The position numbers and the translations under genes were made by a program. Shown piece by piece: positions 39,830 through 48,207 of a stretch of 64,000 bases of DNA (positions within the stretch are counted from its first letter, which is position 1; each line of letters begins with the position of its first letter). Source of the stretch: an uncultured Methanosarcinales archaeon (GTDB lineage: Archaea > Nanobdellota > Nanobdellia > Woesearchaeales > UBA11576). The notes below the pieces were generated by a model that was not told the origin of the DNA, did no database searches, and was given only the letters and a program-made list of their open reading frames with translations. The stretch lies in the NCBI GenBank assembly GCA_964572875.1, contig CAZNGE010000001.1, positions 24,834 to 88,833 of the forward strand. The letters run 5' to 3'.

Positions 39830-41281
39830 CTAATAGCTCTTGCTGAAATAGATGTTCCACTTCGCGTCCTTGCCGCAGTGCACGCACTTGCTGCCTTCAG
39901 GTGCATGTGGATTGTCCATCGGTATGCATCTTGAGGTGGCTCCGCCTGTCTTGTCCTTTATCAAGTCCTCGCATTCCGGCTCCCCGCAGAACACGGTCTT
40001 GACAAGCTTACGTTCTTTTATCGCCTGGACAAGTGCGTCCATGTCCGCGACCTCGACTATGCTTTTCTCCAGGTTCTGCTTCGCCTTCTCGAAAAGCCTG
40101 TTCTGCATCTGCTGCAATAGCTCCGGCACTGCTGCCTTGAGGTCGTGGACCTTGATGAACTGCTTCTCTCCTGTGTCGCGTACTACCGCGGTGACCTGGT
40201 CTGCCTCCATGTCCTTGGGCCCGAACTCGAGCCTCAACGGCACTCCCTTGAGCTCCCATTCATTGAACTTCCATCCAGGGCTGTAATCCTCCCTGTCGTC
40301 AAGCACCGCGTCGAAATCCTTGAGCAGCTCCTTGATCTCCTGGCACTTGTGCAGCACCTTGTCCATGGTCTCCTCGAAGAGGATAGGGACTATCACTACC
40401 TTATTCGGCGCCATGCTTGGCGGCAGCACAAGGCCTTTGTTGTCTGAGTGCTGCATTATGGTCGTGCCTATCAGCCTTGTTGATATCCCCCAGCTCGACT
40501 GCCAGGGCAGCTTCTGCTCCCCGTCCTTATCCTGGAAGCTCAGCCCGAACGCTTCAGCAAATCCCTGGCCGAGGTTATGGCTTGTGCCGCACTGTATCGC
40601 TTTTCCGTCCGGCATGAATGCCTCGATGGTCATTGTGTATTTCGCTCCTGCGAACTTCTCCTTGTCTGTCTTCTTTCCGTATATGACGGGCACTGCAAGG
40701 AGCTTCTCTGCGAGGTCCTTGTATTCCATCAGGAACAGCTCGACCTCCCTGTCGCAGTCTGCCTCTGTCTCGTAGACGCAGTGGCCTTCCTGCCATAGGA
40801 ACTCCCTGCTTCTCAGGAACAGTTTTGTCGCCTGGGTCTCCCACCTTACGACATTGGCCCATTGGTTTATGCGGATCGGCAGGTCTCTCCAGCTCCTCAG
40901 CCATCTTGAGTATGAATCATACATTATGGTTTCAGAAGTGGGCCTTATGGCAAGCCTTTCGCTGCCTTCCTCATCCCTGTTGGCGATCCACGCAACCTCT
41001 GGAGAGAATCCTTCTGCGTGCTTCGCCTCCTTGTGGAAGAATGATTCGGGTATGAACAGCGGGAAGTATGCGTTCTGCACGCCCCTGTACTTCATGCGCC
41101 TGTTGAAGTATTCCTGTATCTTCTCCCACATCGCATAGCCAAGCGGCCTGAGTATATAGCACCCTTTCACAGGCGCGTAGTCCGCAACCTCAGACTTGAG
41201 GCATACCTGCTGGTACCACTCTGCCATGTCTTCTTCCTTCTTGACGGTTATGCCAAGCTGCTTTTCCTTCTCATCTGCCAT
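39830..41281 (-). CDS. proS: Prolyl-tRNA synthetase, archaeal/eukaryotic type
   Basis: 483 aa. Class II motifs and a C-terminal zinc-binding domain (CGEPECE...CVHCG). Confidence 0.9.
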   Translation of the reverse strand: MADEKEKQLGITVKKEEDMAEWYQQVCLKSEVADYAPVKGCYILRPLGYAMWEKIQEYFNRRMKYRGVQNAYFPLFIPESFFHKEAKHAEGFSPEVAWIANRDEEGSERLAIRPTSETIMYDSYSRWLRSWRDLPIRINQWANVVRWETQATKLFLRSREFLWQEGHCVYETEADCDREVELFLMEYKDLAEKLLAVPVIYGKKTDKEKFAGAKYTMTIEAFMPDGKAIQCGTSHNLGQGFAEAFGLSFQDKDGEQKLPWQSSWGISTRLIGTTIMQHSDNKGLVLPPSMAPNKVVIVPILFEETMDKVLHKCQEIKELLKDFDAVLDDREDYSPGWKFNEWELKGVPLRLEFGPKDMEADQVTAVVRDTGEKQFIKVHDLKAAVPELLQQMQNRLFEKAKQNLEKSIVEVADMDALVQAIKERKLVKTVFCGEPECEDLIKDKTGGATSRCIPMDNPHAPEGSKCVHCGKDAKWNIYFSKSY

Positions 41282-41316
41282 AGTGTATCATGTGGTCTGG
41301 GTTCATTTATATATTT

Positions 41317-42243
41317 TTATCTTTTGACTCCTCTGTGGGTCTGCCTCTTCTTTGCTTTTGCCTTACCTGCGCTCTTTGTCGCGGTTCTCTTACTTGGCTT
41401 TGTTTTCCCCACGCTCCTTGCCTTTGCCGGCCTGCCTGACGTATCGTTCTTTGGCGAAGCCTTTTTCTTTATCGATTCTTTTTGAAATTTTTTCCCTGGA
41501 GAAGATTTCGCTTTTGGTTTCGGCTTAGGGGCTTCACTCTTTCCCCTTCCCTGCAGCACCTTCCTCAAAAACCCCATCAAACCATACGCCTCCCGCTTGG
41601 TCAGCATCGCCTTGCCGATGATCTTCTTCCAAAGTATCTGCTGTGTCTCCCTCTTCTCCTTTGTCTCCCAGCGCATTCCAGAAAATATGTCTTCGAACAT
41701 CCGCATTATCTGGTCCTTCTCGGGCTTGCCGATAGGGGTTATGTGGCTGGTCGATGTCACGTCGCTCAGTGAGTTATAGAGCTCGTACAGCATGACCGCA
41801 ACTGCGTGCGATATGTTGAGCGTGGGATAATCAGTGGATGAAGGCACTGTGACTACGAAGTCGCATTTCTCTATCTCCTCGTTGAACATCCCCTTGCCTT
41901 CCCTGCCTATGACCAGGCCTATCTTCTTCTTGGGGTCCAGGCTCTTCAGCTTTGCCGCGAGCTCTCTCGGAGACAATGGGCTGCGGGGTATGTTGTAGTC
42001 TGTGCCCACCCTCGCGGTCGTGGCGACAAGGTAATCATAGTCATCGACCACGAAGAAGTCCATCACCTCGGCGTGCTCAAGCACCTCCTGCGAGTGCTTT
42101 GCCCTGTTGCGTGCCTCATCACAGAGGTGGTCGCAGTACGGGTTGATCAACACAAGGTTTGTGAAGCCGAAGTTCTTCATCACCCTCGCTACCGCGCCTA
42201 TATTTCCGGGAATTACAGGTTCGAGAAGTATGACGTCTATCAT
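41317..42243 (-). CDS. SpoU/TrmH-class RNA 2'-O-methyltransferase with Lys-rich C-terminal tail
   Basis: ILLEPVIPGNIGAVARVMKNFG SPOUT motif. C-terminal roughly 70 aa K/P/A-rich. Confidence 0.75.
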   Translation of the reverse strand: MIDVILLEPVIPGNIGAVARVMKNFGFTNLVLINPYCDHLCDEARNRAKHSQEVLEHAEVMDFFVVDDYDYLVATTARVGTDYNIPRSPLSPRELAAKLKSLDPKKKIGLVIGREGKGMFNEEIEKCDFVVTVPSSTDYPTLNISHAVAVMLYELYNSLSDVTSTSHITPIGKPEKDQIMRMFEDIFSGMRWETKEKRETQQILWKKIIGKAMLTKREAYGLMGFLRKVLQGRGKSEAPKPKPKAKSSPGKKFQKESIKKKASPKNDTSGRPAKARSVGKTKPSKRTATKSAGKAKAKKRQTHRGVKR

Positions 42244-42255
42244 TTTAGGATATGA

Positions 42256-43431
42256 TCATATGAAAAGGTTTCCGATCCACCTGAACAAAGGCCAGAAAAG
42301 ATTGAGCGCGAGCAGCACGAGCGTGAATACGCTTATCTTCCTCCACCACACATTGCCTCTCTCAGCCCCTTTTATCTTCTGCAAGGTCACCTGCAGCATC
42401 CTTCCGCCGTCGACAGGACCCAATGGCAGCAGGTTCGCCAGGCCTATGCCAAAGCTGAGCAGGCCGGTCATCGCGAACAGCTCCGCCAGCCACTTGATTA
42501 TCTTGTTGATGACAAGGTACCATAGGGAGTCGTTGTTCAGCTCTGTCTTTGCCTTGCTGGACGCCATCACGCCGAGGTAGCCTTTCTCAGGGTCGTCAGG
42601 GTTCTCTGCAGCCTCGAACGTGAAGTCCTGGCTGTCTGCGGTTATCGTGACCTGTTCATGCGACTTGACATCCTTCATCTGTGCTACGAAAGTGTCATAA
42701 TTCGTGACTGTCTCGCCGTTTACCGCAGTGACTACCATGCCTTCCTTGATTCCTGCGTCTATTGCAGGGTATCCTTCTGTCACTCCGACAATCTCTATCC
42801 CTATCTCGTTCTCCATTGATCCTAGGCCTGGCGCGAACGCGTAGTTGAGCAGCAGCAGGCACAGCGCTGCGAGTATGATGTTTGACCAGGGCCCTGCGGC
42901 ATAGACTGAGTATTGGGTAGTGTCTGTAGCTTTCGTCAGCTTCTTCTCGTCAGGCTCGACGAACGCTCCCATGAGCGGCCCGAGGAAGAACACGCCTGAT
43001 GAATTGATGGGCAGCTTATGCGCCCTCGCCACCACTCCATGTGAGAACTCGTGCACGAGTATGACTATGAACAGTGCTATCCAGCCTGTTATCAGCGGGA
43101 TGTGTATTCCGCCTATCGACACCCCGGGTATGACCGGCACGACTGCGGATTTTGCGGTCGGCACTGTGAGGAGATTGAATAGGCTGCGTAACAGGACGAA
43201 CAGTATGGAAAGGAGGCCGATATAGCCCACGCCTATGCCCATATACGCTATGACCTTGACCAGCTCAGCGTGCTTCGTCCCCCACTTGTCCATCAGCTTG
43301 AGCCCGATCTTTGTCCTGTACATCGCCAGGAACTTATGGTGTATGTCAAACTTCTTCCTGAATATGAACACGAGAATTATGATAAGGGAGTAGAACAGGA
43401 TGACCCATCGGTAGTCTTGCCAAAAACCCAT
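42256..43431 (-). CDS. Site-2 protease (M50 family) with PDZ domain
   Basis: HEFSHGVVA HExxH in TM helix, central PDZ-like segment, LPLGPVDGG motif. Confidence 0.8.
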   Translation of the reverse strand: MGFWQDYRWVILFYSLIIILVFIFRKKFDIHHKFLAMYRTKIGLKLMDKWGTKHAELVKVIAYMGIGVGYIGLLSILFVLLRSLFNLLTVPTAKSAVVPVIPGVSIGGIHIPLITGWIALFIVILVHEFSHGVVARAHKLPINSSGVFFLGPLMGAFVEPDEKKLTKATDTTQYSVYAAGPWSNIILAALCLLLLNYAFAPGLGSMENEIGIEIVGVTEGYPAIDAGIKEGMVVTAVNGETVTNYDTFVAQMKDVKSHEQVTITADSQDFTFEAAENPDDPEKGYLGVMASSKAKTELNNDSLWYLVINKIIKWLAELFAMTGLLSFGIGLANLLPLGPVDGGRMLQVTLQKIKGAERGNVWWRKISVFTLVLLALNLFWPLFRWIGNLFI

Positions 43432-43479
43432 TTTACCTCGATCACTTCTTTTTTTTCACTATACAAAAAGATTTTAGGA

Positions 43480-43641
43480 TCACTTCTTCCTTTTGGGCTT
43501 GAGTGCCTTTGTGCCGCATTTCCTGCAGCTGACCTTGCCTGCTATGACCTTGAGATTAGTCGCCCTTATCTTGGACTTGCATCTCCTGCAGACAAATATG
43601 TTCTTGAATTTCCTTTCAGCAGCTTCATCGAATTTTGCCAT
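43480..43641 (-). CDS. rpl40e: Ribosomal protein L40e (not in ORF track)
   Basis: Manual translation gives MAKFDEAAERKFKNIFVCRRCKSKIRATNLKVIAGKVSCRKCGTKALKPKRKK, matching the L40e C-x2-C...CRKCG zinc ribbon. Sits between the S2P and aIF5A genes. Confidence 0.65.
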   Translation of the reverse strand: MAKFDEAAERKFKNIFVCRRCKSKIRATNLKVIAGKVSCRKCGTKALKPKRKK

Positions 43642-43643
43642 GC

Positions 43644-44051
43644 TCAATCACTCTTCACTTGTTTCATGACCCTGTCGGTCAGCACCACCCAGTACAGTAT
43701 GTTGCAGCCCTCTGTCACCTGGCCCTTGAGCTCGCCCGGTATCTTCAGGTCAAAGGTCTCGTATGTCTCTGAGTCCATGAGGTTTGCTGTGTCGCCTGTT
43801 ATGGACAGCACCTGCGCTGTCCTCTTGCCTATGATTGGCACATCGACATTGTCATGCCCTGGCATCACAACGACCCGCTTCTTCTCATCCAGCAGGCCCA
43901 CTCCTGTGATCCTGCACTTCGCGTGTCCGTGCTTCCCTGGCCTGGATATCTGGTTATCCACGACCCTGCTCGCCACGCCATCTATCACCATGAAACTGCC
44001 CGGCTTCATAGAGCCTGCATCAGCCTTCTTTGTTTCTCCTTCATCAACCAT
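43644..44051 (-). CDS. Translation initiation factor 5A (aIF-5A)
   Basis: Hypusine loop SRPGKHGHAKCR. 135 aa. Confidence 0.88.
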   Translation of the reverse strand: MVDEGETKKADAGSMKPGSFMVIDGVASRVVDNQISRPGKHGHAKCRITGVGLLDEKKRVVVMPGHDNVDVPIIGKRTAQVLSITGDTANLMDSETYETFDLKIPGELKGQVTEGCNILYWVVLTDRVMKQVKSD

Positions 44052-44138
44052 AATACCACATCTTTTGCCTTTTTCAGCTAAATCAGAGTATATATGACCT
44101 TTTTTTATTGGGATTTATAAATATTTTGGTGGGCAGGG

Positions 44139-44888
44139 CTAGAACCACCCGAACACCCCTTTCCTCTTCTTCTCTACCTTCCGCGCCTCCTGCTCCTTTT
44201 GCGCCTTATCTTCCTTCTTCTTCCTGTAGTATGCCTTGGCCTTCTCGCGCCTGACCACTGTGGTGAGCTCTTTCTCTATGGCATCGCCATCCTCGAACAC
44301 CTTCTCGAGCCTCTTGAAGCGCTTGTCATGGTAGTATGTCTTGGTGCCTGACTTGAAGAACTTCCTCTGCTTGTGCAGGACCTCATGGAACATTATATAA
44401 TCTACATACTTGGTGTCCGCAACATCCCTGAACACGCTGCTGATCGTGACTGTATCGTTCTTGAAGTCATACGACCCGAAAGTCGTTGTCGCGAACTTGC
44501 CCCACACCAGGTTAGGCTGCTCGACCAATCCTAAGAAATACCTCTCATTCACCCTTTCAAAACTTGCCTCCAGCTGTGGATGCGACTTGTCCTTAGGTAT
44601 CGACAGGTGCAGGCTCTTGACGAAGTTGTTGTAAAGGTCGATGTACATCGAAGGTTTCCTGCTCTTCAGGAGTTTGGCCATCAGCTCCTGCATCAGGCCC
44701 ATCTGTATCTCAGGGGATATCGGATACCATTTGCGCGACATGCGGAACTCCATCACGCCGCCAGAAAGGGTTACATAGGCCCCGTAGTCCTTTATGCGGC
44801 CGGTGTATACTATCCTGAAATCATAATCTGCAGTAGATCCAGGGAACAGGTTGAGATACGCCTGCTCTGCGATATTGTCTTTCATCAT
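44139..44888 (-). CDS. Putative Zn-dependent metallopeptidase (HExxH; SprT/DUF45-like) with Lys-rich C-terminus
   Basis: YIMFHEVLHKQ motif. C-terminal KAKAYYRKKKEDKAQKEQEARKVEKKRK. Confidence 0.45.
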   Translation of the reverse strand: MMKDNIAEQAYLNLFPGSTADYDFRIVYTGRIKDYGAYVTLSGGVMEFRMSRKWYPISPEIQMGLMQELMAKLLKSRKPSMYIDLYNNFVKSLHLSIPKDKSHPQLEASFERVNERYFLGLVEQPNLVWGKFATTTFGSYDFKNDTVTISSVFRDVADTKYVDYIMFHEVLHKQRKFFKSGTKTYYHDKRFKRLEKVFEDGDAIEKELTTVVRREKAKAYYRKKKEDKAQKEQEARKVEKKRKGVFGWF

Positions 44889-44896
44889 GAGGATGG

Positions 44897-46003
44897 TTAT
44901 CCTGAGCTTATCTCGTACCGCAGTATCGCGGCGACCTTTCCGAGGTCGCGCAATTGCACGCCTTCACGGGTCTCTTCAGATATTATCCTGACAGAGCTCC
45001 CGACATTCTCTGCCTCTTTCTCGAACTCCTCTATCTCTGAATCCTCGAGGGATTCCGACAGCAATAAGATGTCGACAGTGCCCATCTTCAGCACTTCCAT
45101 GACCTGCGCCTTGCCGTAGCTCACCATGCCGGGCTTTGTGGCCAGGAGAGTGAGGAACTTGCTGACTATCTGCTTCTCCTGCGATACCTCTTCTGCGGCG
45201 AGGATGTCCTCGCTCTTCTCCAGCAGTTCCTGCAGTCCGAACTCTTCTGTGTATGACAGGTCTTTTGTGCCGATGATCTTCTTCTTGAGCTCTCCTGTCA
45301 GGTAATCATATCCTATGAAGTCGTTTATCGTGACTCCGGGACCGCCGATTATTATCCCTTTCAGCCCTTCGAGTTTCAGGAACTCGTTTTTCATGTATTC
45401 TGCGATCTTCTTGTAGTGCTCTTTAGTAGCACCCTCACGAAGACGCGCGAACCTCAATGCTGACTGTCCGCCTGCCTTCATCTTGCCAGGCACTTCTGAG
45501 TGTGTCTTTCGGATGGGTATGATGGTCTTTCCCTTGAGCAGCGCGAGCATCGCGTCTCTCCGGTCCAGCACAACAAGCCCGTACACTTCCTTGGATTCCA
45601 TCATCTCCCTGAGCGGGCCAAGGATGAATGTCTTGTCGCACCTGTATGTCCTGAAGTTCATGGGCACTGGCGGCACTATGCTCCATACCTTGATGTCTGT
45701 CTGCCCTTCTTTCTCAGACACATTGCCTGAGAACACTGCAAGCCCGTTCGGAGGGGTCTGCTTGAACAGCTTGAGGTGCTGCAGCATCTTCTCCAGCGCT
45801 CCGATCACGTTCTCCCTTGTCTGCTTGCTCTTGATGTTTGAGGCTGTGCCCTGCTCATCTGACAGGTGCTTGTTTATCAGGTTCAGGTCATATCCTGCTG
45901 GAACGTACACTGAGACAAGCTCGGTATGTCTACCTCGATGCTTTTCCAGCTCTTTCACGAACTTCCTGAGATGGAATTTCTCAATCGCTGTAATCGATGC
46001 CAT
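44897..46003 (-). CDS. prf1: Peptide chain release factor aRF1
   Basis: NIKS (SNIKSKQTR) and GGQ (KMKAGGQSALRF) motifs. Confidence 0.88.
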   Translation of the reverse strand: MASITAIEKFHLRKFVKELEKHRGRHTELVSVYVPAGYDLNLINKHLSDEQGTASNIKSKQTRENVIGALEKMLQHLKLFKQTPPNGLAVFSGNVSEKEGQTDIKVWSIVPPVPMNFRTYRCDKTFILGPLREMMESKEVYGLVVLDRRDAMLALLKGKTIIPIRKTHSEVPGKMKAGGQSALRFARLREGATKEHYKKIAEYMKNEFLKLEGLKGIIIGGPGVTINDFIGYDYLTGELKKKIIGTKDLSYTEEFGLQELLEKSEDILAAEEVSQEKQIVSKFLTLLATKPGMVSYGKAQVMEVLKMGTVDILLLSESLEDSEIEEFEKEAENVGSSVRIISEETREGVQLRDLGKVAAILRYEISSG

Positions 46004-46322
46004 GCAGAATCAGAAAAATCGTTAATATATAAAATGTAGGCAAAAGCAACAACTACTGCAATAAGTGCCGCTACAGCAGCTCCACGACCGTAGCCGCCAA
46101 TGAGCACGCTACCGGCTTAACACATAGAATCAATAAACATTAGAGCTGCTCAAAGACTCGCGTAAATCGAGTCTTTGGCATCCTAAAATGCTGCGCATTT
46201 TATGACTTCGGCAAATTCAACGATAGTAAGAATCAGGCGTGCGGGGCGGCACGGGAGCTTTTGCAAGGCAAAAGCGGAGTAGGGCGTGGGGCTGCTGACT
46301 TCGTGAAACAAGCAACCTAACA

Positions 46323-46330
46323 TTTAAATA
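46323..46330 (+). promoter_or_regulatory. TATA box (tttaaata) about 27 nt upstream of the tRNA-Pro 5' end
   Basis: Archaeal promoters place TATA about -27 from the TSS. tRNA begins 46358. Confidence 0.4.
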
Positions 46331-46357
46331 CCCCCTTTAAATCCTTTTTCGCACATT

Positions 46358-46491
46358 GGGGCTATGGTGTAGCTTGGACCACGCCAACCAGAGGTTGCGT
46401 CGGAGCAACTATCATCCGTGGTTTGGGGCCATGAGACCCCGGTTCGAAATATCAAATGCTTGCATTTGAGGCGAATGTCCGGGTAGCCCCA
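46358..46491 (+). tRNA. tRNA-Pro (anticodon UGG) containing two non-canonical introns (about 33 nt between positions 26/27 and about 29 nt in the T-loop at 59/60)
   Basis: Acceptor GGGGCTA/TAGCCCC plus discriminator A. D-arm TGGTGTAGCTTGGACCAC. Anticodon arm CGTGG-TTTGGGG-CCATG (46417..46433). T-stem CCCGG (46438..46442) / CCGGG (46479..46483), and excising 46449..46477 restores the TTCGAAT T-loop. Exon lengths sum to exactly 72 nt. Confidence 0.6.
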
Positions 46492-46556
46492 TGTGAGAAC
46501 GGCAAAATCCCAGACGACTGCAGTGAGTCTGGAGTTTACCGTTTTACATGCTTAAA

Positions 46557-46591
46557 AATGCCGATGACTGGAAGGAGTCGGCATTTTTCTT
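46557..46591 (+). terminator. Hairpin (ATGCCGA...TCGGCAT) followed by TTTTT, likely terminating the tRNA-Pro transcript
   Basis: 7-bp perfect stem then T5 at 46586..46590. Confidence 0.4.
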
Positions 46592-46725
46592 GCATGCTAT
46601 ATTACATTCAAGCAAACTTTATAAACAAACAAAAACTGCTACAATATCTGCTTTTAAAGGCTTAAACAGGCTTTTTAAGACAGAAAAGGCTTTAAAAAAC
46701 TTAATATGACAATTCAAGGGTTAAA

Positions 46726-47196
46726 ATGGCTAAAAAAGTAAAATTAGGTTCTACTAACCGGTATGGCGCCCGTTATGGTGCGAGGAACAAAGAGAAAGTT
46801 GCAGCTTTGGAGAAACAGCACAGGAGAAGGCGCAAATGCCCGTTTTGCAATTATGTCAAGGTCAGACGAGTATCTGCAGGCATCTGGCAGTGCGAGAAAT
46901 GCAATGCCAAGTTTGCTGGAAAGGCTTACACATTCGTCACGCCAAAGGCTTCCAAGGAGATAGTCAAGGAAGAGCCTGAGGAAGCTGAAGAGATAGAGAG
47001 CATTGAAGAACAGGAAGAGACGCCTGAAGAAGAGCAGCCAGAGGAAGATCAGGAAGAGAAGACAGAGGCTGCTGAGGAAGAATCTGCAGACGAACCTGAC
47101 GAAGAGCTCCAAGATGAGGAGATACAGGAAGAAGAGATACCCATTGAAGAGACAGATGAAGATCAGAAGCCGGCAGACCAGCCAGAGGTAGCCTAA
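46726..47196 (+). CDS. rpl37ae: Ribosomal protein L37ae with a 65-aa Glu-rich C-terminal extension
   Basis: N-terminal 90 aa match L37ae including the CPFC...CEKC zinc ribbon. The tail EEPEEAEEIESIEEQEETPEEEQPEED... is extra. Confidence 0.85.
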   Translation: MAKKVKLGSTNRYGARYGARNKEKVAALEKQHRRRRKCPFCNYVKVRRVSAGIWQCEKCNAKFAGKAYTFVTPKASKEIVKEEPEEAEEIESIEEQEETPEEEQPEEDQEEKTEAAEEESADEPDEELQDEEIQEEEIPIEETDEDQKPADQPEVA

Positions 47197-47197
47197 G

Positions 47198-47335
47198 ATG
47201 GTAGAGTACAAATGCTTTGACTGCAACAAGAAGGTGAGCATCGAATACATCAAGAAGAAGGTGCGCTGCCCTTACTGCGGCAGCAAGATGCTGTTCAAGC
47301 CCAGGCTTGTCTCTACTAAAGTAAAGGCAAGGTAG
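47198..47335 (+). CDS. rpoP: DNA-directed RNA polymerase subunit P (RpoP/Rpb12 homolog) (not in ORF track)
   Basis: MVEYKCFDCNKKVSIEYIKKKVRCPYCGSKMLFKPRLVSTKVKAR with the CxxC...RCPYCG zinc ribbon. Canonical position after L37ae. Confidence 0.8.
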   Translation: MVEYKCFDCNKKVSIEYIKKKVRCPYCGSKMLFKPRLVSTKVKAR

Positions 47336-47336
47336 G

Positions 47337-47564
47337 ATGGAATACACTGCAAATCTTTTTGTCAAGGGCGATCCGGACAGGCTCTTCGAGTGCCTTGAGA
47401 CCGAAGAGACCAGCTTTGACCGCTCATCATTCACGATTGAAAAAAAGGATGACGGCCTCGGGTTCAATGTCGAGGCAAAGGATGCGGTCGCCCTGAGGGC
47501 GACGCTCAACACGATCTCACAGCTCCTCATCATCTTTGAGGGTGCGAGAAAGAAACAGCAGTAA
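47337..47564 (+). CDS. pcc1: KEOPS subunit Pcc1-like protein
   Basis: 75 aa. AKDAVALRATLNTISQLL resembles the Pcc1 A.D..ALRA.LN motif. Canonical position between rpoP and pfdB. Confidence 0.5.
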   Translation: MEYTANLFVKGDPDRLFECLETEETSFDRSSFTIEKKDDGLGFNVEAKDAVALRATLNTISQLLIIFEGARKKQQ

Positions 47565-47574
47565 AGGGAATAAA

Positions 47575-47907
47575 ATGGCAGAAGTCTCTAAGGATTTGCA
47601 GGAGAAGATCAACAGGCTTTCTATGATGGAACAGTCCCTCCAGTCGTTCCTGGGGCAGAAGCAGGCTTTCCAGGCGCAGCTTCTCGAGATAGACTCCGCG
47701 CTGGAGGAGCTCGACAAGACAGACAAGGCCTACAAGATCGTCGGCAATGTCATGATCGCGTCTGACAAGGAAGAGATGAAGAAGGACCTTAAGCAGAAGA
47801 AAGAGACCACAGAGCTCAGGATCAAGACCATTGACAATCAGGAGGCCAAGATGCGCGAGAAGACATCTGAGCTCCAGTCAGAGGTCATGAAGGAGATGGG
47901 CAAATAA
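47575..47907 (+). CDS. pfdB: Prefoldin beta subunit
   Basis: 111 aa coiled-coil/beta-hairpin/coiled-coil layout. ATG 47575 with AAGGGAAT RBS. Confidence 0.8.
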   Translation: MAEVSKDLQEKINRLSMMEQSLQSFLGQKQAFQAQLLEIDSALEELDKTDKAYKIVGNVMIASDKEEMKKDLKQKKETTELRIKTIDNQEAKMREKTSELQSEVMKEMGK

Positions 47908-47949
47908 TAAGTCAAGGCAGATGGTTATGATTCTTGATGGGAGCGGAAA

Positions 47950-48198
47950 ATGGACGAAAGGGTGCAAAACATTGTGGAGGCTCTGCAGGAACTCACCGGC
48001 GACAACACAGTCCCCCGCAACATAAAGTCCAAGATTGATGGTATCATCACGATTCTCAAGGAAGACAATGGCCAGGACATGTCCATGAAGGTCAACAAGG
48101 CTTTGAGCGAGCTGGATGACATATCTGATGACACCAACATGCAGGCCTACACCCGGACGCAGATATGGAACATCGTCAGCATGCTTGAGATGATATAG
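47950..48198 (+). CDS. UPF0147-family small archaeal protein
   Basis: VPRNIKSKIDGII...DDTNMQAYTRTQIWNIVSMLE matches the conserved VPRNIR...PNMP.HTRT.IWN signature. Confidence 0.7.
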   Translation: MDERVQNIVEALQELTGDNTVPRNIKSKIDGIITILKEDNGQDMSMKVNKALSELDDISDDTNMQAYTRTQIWNIVSMLEMI

Positions 48199-48207
48199 AG
48201 AAAAACT

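Noticed and set aside
46040-46320. RNase P RNA
   Set aside because: Only a partial CCGGCTTA match to the P4 3' strand. The complementary GGAAAGUCCGG 5' strand and the P10-12 motifs are not present.
46744-47253. 169-aa minus-strand ORF (LLIFICLFNGYLFFLYLL...)
   Set aside because: Antisense of the poly-Glu tail of L37ae and of rpoP.
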